Part shown: positions 9,494-18,245 of the stretch, piece by piece | How the letters are laid out: every line of letters starts with the position of its first letter | Position numbering within the stretch: the first letter of the stretch is position 1 | Source: an uncultured candidatus Brocadiaceae bacterium | GTDB taxonomy: Bacteria; Planctomycetota; UBA11346 | Direction of reading: 5' to 3' | DNA length: 64,000 bases | Assembly (NCBI GenBank): GCA_964652775.1 | Contig: CAZZAM010000014.1 | Span: 1,848 to 65,847, forward strand | Notes under the pieces: generated by a model | Database searches by the model: none | What the model was told of the DNA's origin: nothing | What the model saw: the letters and a program-made list of their open reading frames with translations, nothing else | Program-made: the position numbers and the translations under genes

Positions 9494-9762
9494 TCGGTAG
9501 CGTAGGAGATCGCTCGCGTTGTGGGACACCTGAAACATAAGAAAGAGGCCATGACCATGTCGCTTATCATGGTTATAGCGACGCAAACGCAGGATAAATA
9601 CAACTCTGACGTGTTCGCAAGCACGTTGACTGTGCTGCGCGCTGCGGCAGAGCTCTCCGGAGTTGGCGAGCACACTGGTATTTGTCCCCAGCAGCAATAT
9701 GGAAGCAAGCCACCGACAATGGTCGTGACCAGACGCGGTGCGGGATATGATCAAACAGCACT

Positions 9763-10701
9763 ATGATGAGCCGCCCTCCGTTTCGCAGCAAACTATCCCG
9801 TCGTGACGGATTCAATCTCTACACCCTGGAGAATGATCACGTCAGCCTGGAAATCGTCCCAGAATTGGGCGGCAAAATGTCCAGCTTACGCTGCGTACCC
9901 AGCGGCCGTGAATGGTTGTGGGCACCGACCGCCGAGCGCCGACTGCACGCTAGTCCCACGCCCAACGATTTCTTGCGCAGTTCACTGATCGGGGCAGATG
10001 AATGTATTCCAACTATCGCTGCCAGCACCGTCGGCGACCGTTCCTACCCTGACCACGGCGAAGCTTGGTCACGGCCTTGGACTATCGATCGTCAGGCTTG
10101 GTCGAACGAAGGCACCATCGTCACCACGGTGCTCTTGCCTACGTCCGAAGCGCGGTTCACCAGAACCGTGAGTCTGGATGGCGAGATCGTGAGGCTCTCT
10201 TATCAGGCGCACAATCTATCATCTGCTCGCCCCTGGCAGTTCATCTACAGCTTCCATCCCTTGCTCGCGCCGCAGCCTGGCGATGTCATCGTGCTGCCAG
10301 CGGAGGTCAGCCGGGTGCACGTCGAGAACTGGGATGGAGCCATCGCCATGTGGCCTCAGATCGTCCCGGGCGCCCGTGCTGACCACCTCGATGTATCCGG
10401 CATAACGCCGGCAACGCTGAAAATGACCACAGCTGACCCACTGCTCGAACCCACGGCTCGGGTAGTAAACAGCGTCACTGGGGATCAACTACGCTTTGAT
10501 TGTGACGACCCGCTGATTACCGCCTTGGGCATTTATATCAATCGCGCCGGATGGGGTGGGCATCATCACTTCGCCATCGAACCCACCAACGCCAGAGCAG
10601 ACGCGCTCGCCGTTTGCCTGGATCGTCGGCTCGGCGGCCAGGTGTTGGATCCAGGGGCATCCGTCGCATGGAGTTTTTCCCTGCGCGTATCCCAAGGCTG
10701 A
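9763..10701 (+). CDS. aldose 1-epimerase / galactose-mutarotase-like protein
   Basis: FNLYTLENDHVSLEIVPELGGKMSSLRCVPSGREWLW near the N-terminus, DHGEAW mid-protein and HHHFAIEPTN near the C-terminus. This motif order is typical of mutarotase-fold proteins. Confidence 0.55.
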   Translation: MMSRPPFRSKLSRRDGFNLYTLENDHVSLEIVPELGGKMSSLRCVPSGREWLWAPTAERRLHASPTPNDFLRSSLIGADECIPTIAASTVGDRSYPDHGEAWSRPWTIDRQAWSNEGTIVTTVLLPTSEARFTRTVSLDGEIVRLSYQAHNLSSARPWQFIYSFHPLLAPQPGDVIVLPAEVSRVHVENWDGAIAMWPQIVPGARADHLDVSGITPATLKMTTADPLLEPTARVVNSVTGDQLRFDCDDPLITALGIYINRAGWGGHHHFAIEPTNARADALAVCLDRRLGGQVLDPGASVAWSFSLRVSQG

Positions 10702-10887
10702 TGGAATCTGGTAACGGGAGTCGCGCTGCGTTGCGCCCCGTGAGCAAATCCCCCGGATGGAGGCAAGAAACAGTAGCGCCGCCGTCAGCAGGATCATACA
10801 TAGCTATGCAGGTACAGCCATTCTGCCCGGCCAATAGACCACCATGATTGACTCACGACTGTAACCCCAACTGCCAAGGAACTTCCC

Positions 10888-11622
10888 GTGAACGTCCTCT
10901 TCGTCGGTGCCCATCCAGATGATATTGAACTTTTTGCTGGCGGTACAGCCGCCCTGTACGCCGCGCGTGGTGACAACGTGACCTTCTGTATTGCCACCAA
11001 TGGCAATGTCGGTTCACCAACCTTGTCGCTCGCCGAAACGGCAGCCCTGCGCCACAAGGAGGCCCAGGCGGCGGCAGCCATTATCGGTGCCAAACTCTTG
11101 TGGCTGGGATTCGATGACGAGTTCCTTTTGGACACGCGCGAGACACGCCTCGCCATCATCGAGGCGATCCGTATAGCCAAGCCAGAAGTCATCTTCTGTC
11201 ATTGGCGCCAAGATTATAATCCGGACCATTCAATTTCAGGCATGATCGTTGATGAATGTGTGCACATGGCGGGGGTGCCCAATATCAAGACGGCCTCGCC
11301 CCCGCATCCCCACATTGCCCATATTTATTTTATGGACACTCCAGCCGGAGTTGGCTTCGAGCCTGAGATTTACGTCGATATCACGTCCACCTTCGCAACC
11401 AAGAAGCGCATGGTGGAGCAACACGCCAGTCAGAACGGCTGGACGAAACACCTCTTTGGTTACGAGTTGGAGGAATTCTTGGGCATTCCTGCGCAATTCC
11501 GCGGATTGCAGGCTGGCTGCCGCATGGCCGAAGCGTTTCGTCCTTCGTATCGCTGGGGTCGTACCTTCCGCGAACACTATCTTCCCGGCTGTCTCCCGGC
11601 GCGCGGAAATCCCCGTCCGTGA
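10888..11622 (+). CDS. PIG-L (LmbE-like) family N-acetyl-sugar deacetylase
   Basis: GTG start. NVLFVGAHPDDIELFAGGT (AHPDD motif) and HWRQDYNPDHS (HxxH-type zinc ligands). Confidence 0.8.
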   Translation: MNVLFVGAHPDDIELFAGGTAALYAARGDNVTFCIATNGNVGSPTLSLAETAALRHKEAQAAAAIIGAKLLWLGFDDEFLLDTRETRLAIIEAIRIAKPEVIFCHWRQDYNPDHSISGMIVDECVHMAGVPNIKTASPPHPHIAHIYFMDTPAGVGFEPEIYVDITSTFATKKRMVEQHASQNGWTKHLFGYELEEFLGIPAQFRGLQAGCRMAEAFRPSYRWGRTFREHYLPGCLPARGNPRP

Positions 11623-12464
11623 TGCCAGAACTGCTCGTCGCTGACGCTGGCCTCCTGGCTGAGAATCCGCTGTGGGACGAGGAGAGTAAAACCCTGGCGT
11701 GGACCGACATCGATAATGGACTGCTGTTGGCGTGGTCGGCAGACAGCAACAGCAAGAGCACACGTATCTACCATGGGCCACAAGTCGGTGGATTCACCCG
11801 CCAACGCGACGGCTCACTGCTCCTGTTCCGGGTCGAGGACATCGCCGTCCTCAACGCTGACGGCACGGTGCGTTCAGTTGCGCGCTGTGCTGATCCCGGC
11901 TCAATCCGCTTCAATGACGTGGTTGCCGATCCATTGGGCCGTGTCTTTGCGGGCACGATCGGCCAGACGCCAGACTCCGGTGGTGTATTCCGCATCGACT
12001 ACGACGGCTCCATCCATAAAGTTATCGGCAGCACCGGCATTTCGAATGGCATGGGCTTCTCTCCGGACCGCCGCACCATGTACTGGACATGTAGTACCAC
12101 CGCCCGCATCTGGGCCTACGACTACGATGTGGGAAGCGGCAGACTGGGCGCGCGCCGCTGCATCCAGGAGCCACCTGCCGACGGCGCATTGCCCGATGGA
12201 TTGACGGTGGACGCCGAGGGCTGTTTGTGGTCGGCCCGCTGGGATGGTTCCTGTGTCGTCCGCATGGATCCCACCGGACGGATCATGACCACCATCCCCA
12301 TGCCGACCCGGAACGTGACGTCACTTACCTTCGGTGGTCCAGATCTGCGCGATCTGTTTATCACTAGTGCCGCCGACGCCGCTCATCCGCATGGTGCACT
12401 ACACCGTGTCCGTGCAGCCGGACAAGGCGTGTCTGAGTTCCGTTCGGCGATTGTTACCTCCTGA
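11619..12464 (+). CDS. SMP-30/gluconolactonase/LRE family lactonase (copy 1)
   Basis: LAENPLWDEESKTLAWTDI, ISNGMGFSPDRRTMYW, PDGLTVDAEGCLWSARW, LTFGGPDLRDLFITSA. ATGA 4-bp overlap with the PIG-L gene. Confidence 0.85.
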   Translation: MMPELLVADAGLLAENPLWDEESKTLAWTDIDNGLLLAWSADSNSKSTRIYHGPQVGGFTRQRDGSLLLFRVEDIAVLNADGTVRSVARCADPGSIRFNDVVADPLGRVFAGTIGQTPDSGGVFRIDYDGSIHKVIGSTGISNGMGFSPDRRTMYWTCSTTARIWAYDYDVGSGRLGARRCIQEPPADGALPDGLTVDAEGCLWSARWDGSCVVRMDPTGRIMTTIPMPTRNVTSLTFGGPDLRDLFITSAADAAHPHGALHRVRAAGQGVSEFRSAIVTS

Positions 12465-12576
12465 AAGTCGAATGGGCTACAAGGAACATGACCTGATGAC
12501 AACTGACCGCCCCGTCTCGGCTGGGATCAAACGGCTGGGTGTGCTGAGCCTGCAACTCGTTACGGAGAACTAAACC

Positions 12577-13350
12577 ATGCCAGGTGAACTCAACGGCAAA
12601 CGCGTCATTGTCACCGGCGGTAGTGGTGGGATTGGTCTCGGTATTGTGCTTGAGGCAGCACAAGCTGGGGCCGATATCGCATTCTGTAGCCGCAGCGATG
12701 CCAGCGCCGTTGTCCGACAAGTTGAGGCCTTGGGACGCCGCTGCCTGCACACGGCGGTTGATGTTTCGGATCTCGCTGCGGCCCGCGCCTTTGTCAACGC
12801 CTCGGTTCGTTTTCTTGGCGGCCTCGATGGCCTCGTCAACAATGCCGGTGCTGACTTCAATCACGGAGTTGCTGGGACTTCGCTGGCCCAAATACAACAG
12901 TGCTTGGCCACCAATTTTCTTTCTGCTTGGGCCATTTCTCAAGAGGCCTATCCAGCTCTGCGGCAAGCGGGACGTGGTGCGGTGGTCAACATTTCCTCGG
13001 TCCACGGTCACCAGACCGTACCTGGAGCATTCCCCTATAATGCAGCCAAAGCGGCAATGGACGCCATGACGATCTCCATGGCCCAAGAGTGGGCTGCGGA
13101 CAACATTCTTGCTGTGTCGGTTTCGCCCGGCTGGGTGAGGACGCCGATGGTCGAGCGTGACTTCGCGCGCCACGGCGATGCCGAAGCGCAACTGCGTCAG
13201 CTTGCATCTCGGCATCTGCTCGGACGCATAGGCACGCCGACTGATATTGCAGCGTTGACCGTTTTCCTCCTCAGCGATCGCAATCAATTCCTGACCGGCT
13301 CGGTCATCATTCAAGATGGCGGCCAACACACGCTCTTCGCTCCGCATTGA
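12577..13350 (+). CDS. short-chain dehydrogenase/reductase (SDR)
   Basis: VIVTGGSGGIGLGI (TGxxxGxG), LVNNAG, SSVHG..YNAAKAAM (S..YxxxK). A GGAG lies about 12 nt upstream of the ATG. Confidence 0.85.
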   Translation: MPGELNGKRVIVTGGSGGIGLGIVLEAAQAGADIAFCSRSDASAVVRQVEALGRRCLHTAVDVSDLAAARAFVNASVRFLGGLDGLVNNAGADFNHGVAGTSLAQIQQCLATNFLSAWAISQEAYPALRQAGRGAVVNISSVHGHQTVPGAFPYNAAKAAMDAMTISMAQEWAADNILAVSVSPGWVRTPMVERDFARHGDAEAQLRQLASRHLLGRIGTPTDIAALTVFLLSDRNQFLTGSVIIQDGGQHTLFAPH

Positions 13351-13401
13351 TCGTAACGCCATTGATACCTCGGCTCACCATGAACCAGGACAAAGCACGC
13401 C

Positions 13402-16029
13402 ATGAAAACAACCATATGCATAGAGTGGATGACTGGCAAACCAGCAGGGAGTATTGAGCTAAAAAATGGCGTCGTTAGGGGGGTTAAAATAGTAAAAGGG
13501 CACGGGAAAACCGCAAAAAACAAGTTTGCGTTCACTGGCAAGGCGCCTTTTCGTCTCGCCGTGAGCCTGGACGGTTTTGACTTCACTTTACAAGCGGACA
13601 AACCGCTTGTGAAGGTAAACACGACTGCGGATCCATTCAGTTTCTTCTTAAGAGATGTTAGTAAGGATTTTCCGATCATTATTCTGGATGGCAGGGTTTG
13701 CGTACTTTCAGGAAACGACAAAAGAAGTTATTTGGAAATAGAGGAGTCGATTTCTGGTCTCCACAAGAAAACCTATCTTGAGCGGATCAAAGAAGAGCCA
13801 GAAGAGGATTTTGACAGCGCTGCTACGAAAGTCAGGAAAATGGTTTGTCCTACCTGGCTCGGGACTGGCAGGCACGACATCCGCAATTTCGAGGTCGGTT
13901 TTGTCAATGAGGATTACCACAGTGCGTGGAACTGGATACAGCCTAAGAACCATCACCGGAATGTGATCCCTCCTGATACGGGTGGAAACGCCATCGTTTA
14001 TTGTTTCTCTCTAGGCCGAGGGATAGGCGTGACCCATCATTTAAAAAAGAGACTCGAGGATGGCGTTCTGCCCATAGTTAATGCCGAATATAAGGACGAA
14101 AGCATTGACTACCGAGTCAAAATCTTCGTTTCTGCTGAAAGCGGTAATGTAAACACCCGTAACATAACTGGTACGCATTACTTGGTGGCAGACAAACATA
14201 GCGGCGGCGTTGTAGTAACAGACAAAGAAAAATATGCTTGTGAGGAAATCTTAAGGAATCAACCCCAACCAAACGAGGAAAGCGTTCTGTTCCTGAAAAT
14301 AGAGGCGGTGAATACCGCCGATGTTCCGCGCTATGCTTGGTTCCAGTCGATTATTCCTGAGGCCGTCGGAGTATTTGCGAAAATAAATTGGCAACTGGAA
14401 CGGGAGACTGGTTTCTCTTCCTATTCGGCTGAGAATATTTTCTGTGTATCCTCTCTGAACGGGGAGCCTCTCTGTGAAAGGGAAAACGCTGTTTTGCTCA
14501 AGCCTGGTGAACATGTGGCCTTCGTCGCTAAAGTCCCGCATGTTCCCATATCACGGGCGCGCGCAAGAAAACTAGCGAACGTTGATTTTGAGAAAGCGTT
14601 TCGGAACTGTAATGCTTTCTGGGCTAAAAAAATAAAGCCTTCTGAGAAGATAACGGTCCCGGAAAAGCGCATCAATGAAATGATCAGAGCTGGACTCGCG
14701 CATCTAGACATTGTGACCTACGGGAAGGATCCGGCTGGAGCATTGGCCGCGTGTGTCGGTGTCTATTCTCCCATCGGCACCGAGAGTTCGCAGATCATTC
14801 AATTCTATGATTCATTGGGCTTGCATGACACCGCGGAAAGATGCCTGGAATATTTCCTCGAAAAACAGCATGAGAACGGCGAGATGATGAACTATGATCG
14901 GTACACCATTGAAACTGGTGCGGTGCTCTGGAATATTGGAGTGCATTACGCCTATACACATGACTTGGCATGGGCGAACAAGATAAAGGGGAAGGTGTTA
15001 CTGGCCTGCAAATTCATCAGCGATTGGCGCGCGAGAAATATGAGCAAGGAGTTGTTGGGCAAGGGCTACGGTATGATCGCAGGGAAATGCGCGGATCCCG
15101 AAGATCCATTCCATTCATTTATGCTGAACGGTTACGCCTACCTGGGTTTGAAGCACTCAGGGAAAATGCTGTTAGACATTGATAGAAATGCGGCCAAAAA
15201 AATCCTGAAAGAAGCAGACGAATTAAAGAATTGTATGGTGTCCACGCTGAACGAGGCGGTGGCTAACTCGCCAGTAGTGCCCTTAGGTGACGGTACCTGG
15301 TGTCGAACCTGTCCAACCTGGCCGGAGATGGACGGTCCGTGTGCTCTGTACGTCGATAAAAAGAACGTTTTGTATTCACATGGCGCCTATATTAGGGACA
15401 TCCTTGGGCCGCTCTATGCTGTTTTTTGTGAAGTGCTCGAACCGAAGGGAAAACTGGCGAACGCACTGCTGAATTCTTCCGCGGAATTGCTGTATCAGAA
15501 TAATTCAGCTTTCAGCCAGCCTTATTACAGCCCGCATCCCTGGATACATTTGCAACGCGGAGAAACGAAGGAATACCTCAAGGCCTACTACAATACTCTG
15601 GCGGCTCTGGCTGATCGGGACACCTATTCCTTCTGGGAGCATCTTTTCAGGGTAAGCCCACATAAGACTCACGAAGAGGGCTGGTTCTTGATGTACTGTC
15701 GCTGGATGCTCTATATGGAACATGGTAATGAGCTAAATCTTTTGTACGGAACGCCGGAAAAATGGTTTGCGGATGGGAATGTTATCGAGGTGAAGAAGGT
15801 CAAATGCTACTTTGGAGAACTTGCCTTTCGCGTTGAGTCAAGCCTGAACCAGGGCCACCTACATATGGAGATTCACTGCAATTCACAGAGGAAGCCGAAG
15901 GCCGTTAACGTAAAGATCCCCACCAGCATCAAGATCACTCGTGTTCAAGGAGGGAGGTATGATAAAATCACTGGCATTATTAGGATAGAAAACTTTACCG
16001 GCCAGGCAAAACTTGTGCTTTACCACTAG
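13402..16029 (+). CDS. hypothetical 875-aa protein on a low-GC island, possibly an (alpha/alpha)6 six-hairpin glycosidase-like fold
   Basis: Uninterrupted 2.6-kb ORF. Hand-counted G+C is 42-45% in sampled lines (13441-13500, 14041-14100) against 58% in the adjacent SDR gene (12601-12660). The central region (DSLGLHDTAERCLEYFLEKQHENGEMMNYDRYTIETGAVLWNIGVHYAYTHDLAWANKIKGK) looks like helical-hairpin repeats of six-hairpin glycosidases. This fold call is tentative. Confidence 0.7.
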   Translation: MKTTICIEWMTGKPAGSIELKNGVVRGVKIVKGHGKTAKNKFAFTGKAPFRLAVSLDGFDFTLQADKPLVKVNTTADPFSFFLRDVSKDFPIIILDGRVCVLSGNDKRSYLEIEESISGLHKKTYLERIKEEPEEDFDSAATKVRKMVCPTWLGTGRHDIRNFEVGFVNEDYHSAWNWIQPKNHHRNVIPPDTGGNAIVYCFSLGRGIGVTHHLKKRLEDGVLPIVNAEYKDESIDYRVKIFVSAESGNVNTRNITGTHYLVADKHSGGVVVTDKEKYACEEILRNQPQPNEESVLFLKIEAVNTADVPRYAWFQSIIPEAVGVFAKINWQLERETGFSSYSAENIFCVSSLNGEPLCERENAVLLKPGEHVAFVAKVPHVPISRARARKLANVDFEKAFRNCNAFWAKKIKPSEKITVPEKRINEMIRAGLAHLDIVTYGKDPAGALAACVGVYSPIGTESSQIIQFYDSLGLHDTAERCLEYFLEKQHENGEMMNYDRYTIETGAVLWNIGVHYAYTHDLAWANKIKGKVLLACKFISDWRARNMSKELLGKGYGMIAGKCADPEDPFHSFMLNGYAYLGLKHSGKMLLDIDRNAAKKILKEADELKNCMVSTLNEAVANSPVVPLGDGTWCRTCPTWPEMDGPCALYVDKKNVLYSHGAYIRDILGPLYAVFCEVLEPKGKLANALLNSSAELLYQNNSAFSQPYYSPHPWIHLQRGETKEYLKAYYNTLAALADRDTYSFWEHLFRVSPHKTHEEGWFLMYCRWMLYMEHGNELNLLYGTPEKWFADGNVIEVKKVKCYFGELAFRVESSLNQGHLHMEIHCNSQRKPKAVNVKIPTSIKITRVQGGRYDKITGIIRIENFTGQAKLVLYH

Positions 16030-16160
16030 AAAACCAAGCTGTTTCGGTTGGGTCGAGTTCCGGACAACGATGGTTCCATTAGTCAGCTTAATTTCAATTT
16101 AAGCGAGTGCTGTACTCCGTTGTTGGACATTAGCGATTCGAGTCGTATGTATGAGAGAGT

Positions 16161-17054
16161 ATGTCCGCAAAGATTTGGAATCGTTTCCAGCACGCCGTCT
16201 TCAAGCCCCCGGCCGCCATGACGCCAGCTGTCCTAGTGGCGGCATCCTACGAACGTACCTGCAGCAACCAGGAAACTGTGAGCCACTGTTGTCATGAAAA
16301 CTGGGTGCTTGACTGTTCGTGGACACCGGGGCTCTATATTCGCATTGGTTCTGCGTCCGAGCCGATGCAGCTGCGTCCGCCTGGTCGGGTTCACTGTTAC
16401 GCCCCTGGCACCAGGTATTGGGAGGACTGCCGCAGCCTGAGTGGCCGACGCATCTCCGGTCAGTATCTGGTTGTCCGCGATCGGGTGGGGGTGTTGAGTC
16501 CCTTAATCACAAAGGGAGCAGCTCTCGTTGATGATGGCGATGGTCGCCTGCGTGCTATCTTGCAGGAAGCGTTCGCGGTATCTGGAGCACCGAGCTTCTG
16601 GCGTTGTCAGGCGCTCTGGTGCACTTTAGTCGAGACACTGTTGATGTCTGTCCCAATATCCGCTGGCCATTGGCATTGCGGGGCCACCGCAGCGGCAGCG
16701 AACTTGGGCGCACAAGTCGAAGAACTGCTGCGCAACGATCTCACGTCCCCCATCTGTTTGGAGGGGCTGGCACGCTCGTTGGGGATCAGTCCCTCGTCAC
16801 TCAGCCACCGTTTCCGGGCCGAAACTGGCGAGTCGGTCATGGGACGGTTGCGCCGACTGCGGGTGGAACGGGCGCTCGCCATGCTGCCCCACGGCCATCG
16901 ACTCGACGATGTTGCCCAGGCCTGCGGTTTCTGTGATCGCTTTCATCTTGCCAAGGCGGTGAGCCGCATCACTGGTCGACCACCGAGTGCATGGAGAACA
17001 GCGCCGACGAGCGGAATGAACGCAGCCACGTCAGTGACCAGGCGTTCGCGTTGA
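16161..17054 (+). CDS. AraC-family transcriptional regulator (paralog 2)
   Basis: HTH LARSLGISPSSLSHRFRAETGESVMGRLRRLRVERALAML..VAQACGFCDRFHLAKAVSRITGRPPSAW. The N-terminal domain is colinear with paralog 1 (VHCYAPGTRYWEDCRSLSGRRISGQYLVVRD versus CHCYAPGTVYWEDWEPVAGRRFGGSYLIVRD). Confidence 0.8.
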   Translation: MSAKIWNRFQHAVFKPPAAMTPAVLVAASYERTCSNQETVSHCCHENWVLDCSWTPGLYIRIGSASEPMQLRPPGRVHCYAPGTRYWEDCRSLSGRRISGQYLVVRDRVGVLSPLITKGAALVDDGDGRLRAILQEAFAVSGAPSFWRCQALWCTLVETLLMSVPISAGHWHCGATAAAANLGAQVEELLRNDLTSPICLEGLARSLGISPSSLSHRFRAETGESVMGRLRRLRVERALAMLPHGHRLDDVAQACGFCDRFHLAKAVSRITGRPPSAWRTAPTSGMNAATSVTRRSR

Positions 17055-17119
17055 GTTTCCCAGAGGTCCACCGAGACGACGGTTGAGGTGATGAGCATAG
17101 CGCGGAGGATAATCCTGCC

Positions 17120-18016
17120 GTGGCAACCAATCTTCAGACCACCTATGATTCAGTGCTTGGTCAGACCAAACTGAAACTCATCAGTTCCTACTATGGCCGC
17201 TGGGATATTCCGCTCGCTCGCGTCGGACGTTGGGACAGTAAGAAGATCCCTGCTGCGTGGACGGTAGTGTGGAGTGGTGCGCAAGGTTACGAAGCGCGAA
17301 TTGCTGATGGTCGAGGAGGGCAGCACGTGGTTGCGCGGGCGCCGCGCTCCTGGGTGATCCATGCTCCTGGTTGTGAATTTCACGAGCGTTTGTCTGCGGT
17401 CGAATTCCAGCGCGAGGTCATGTTCTTAAGCTTTACGTGTACCGGTCACATGCCGCCGTTGACCGGCCGTCTGACAACGGTGGTCGTGGATCCGGAAGAT
17501 CGTCTCGTGGGCATGGTTCGATCAATGCACCACGCGCAGGAACGCGGTTCGCAAGGCGACGGGCTGGTCGCCCATGGTATGCTACTGGCCATGATCGGCG
17601 AGATGCTCGCCTGTGCGCATGATGGCGGTGCAGGGACCGATGCTGATCCGTGGCGACTACGTTCACTGCACACACAGCGCGTTGATAAGGGTTTGTTGGC
17701 TGCAGTTGATCTGCAGGTCTCACGCACGCTGGCTACGCCGCCATCGCGCGATGATTTAGCCAAGGCCCTGGGTATGTCAGTGTCGTCACTGGCGCATCGC
17801 TTCAGTGCTGAAACCGGCCTGACGATCATCGAGCGCATCCGCTGGCTGCGTATCCGTGAGGCGAAGAACCGCTTGGCCGAACCAGAGGCAACCGTGAAAG
17901 CTGTGGCGCGTTCACTTGGCTACAGCAGCCAATTTTATTTTTCCCGCGTGTTCAAAGAAGTCGCGGGGATGACGCCGGAGATGTATCTCGACCAGATGCG
18001 CGGGCAGGGACAATAG
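17120..18016 (+). CDS. AraC-family transcriptional regulator (paralog 3)
   Basis: GTG start. HTH LAKALGMSVSSLAHRFSAETGLTIIERIRWLRIREAKNRL..VARSLGYSSQFYFSRVFKEVAGMTPEMY. Confidence 0.8.
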   Translation: MATNLQTTYDSVLGQTKLKLISSYYGRWDIPLARVGRWDSKKIPAAWTVVWSGAQGYEARIADGRGGQHVVARAPRSWVIHAPGCEFHERLSAVEFQREVMFLSFTCTGHMPPLTGRLTTVVVDPEDRLVGMVRSMHHAQERGSQGDGLVAHGMLLAMIGEMLACAHDGGAGTDADPWRLRSLHTQRVDKGLLAAVDLQVSRTLATPPSRDDLAKALGMSVSSLAHRFSAETGLTIIERIRWLRIREAKNRLAEPEATVKAVARSLGYSSQFYFSRVFKEVAGMTPEMYLDQMRGQGQ

Positions 18017-18245
18017 CCCGAGCAATCCGGAAGTCGCCATACATTCGAGGAAATAGTCCGATTACCCAACGGGTGAATAGCACGAACGCCGTTGGTATCT
18101 GTAGACACCGGATTTCCGAACTGATCCATTATGTTGACCACACAAAGGTGCGCGATCGGCAGCGCAGTCTTACCGGCAAAGTTACGCATCCTCGAATCTT
18201 CGTGGTATCTACCGCAGATAGACCTATATACGCGGGCATCATCGT

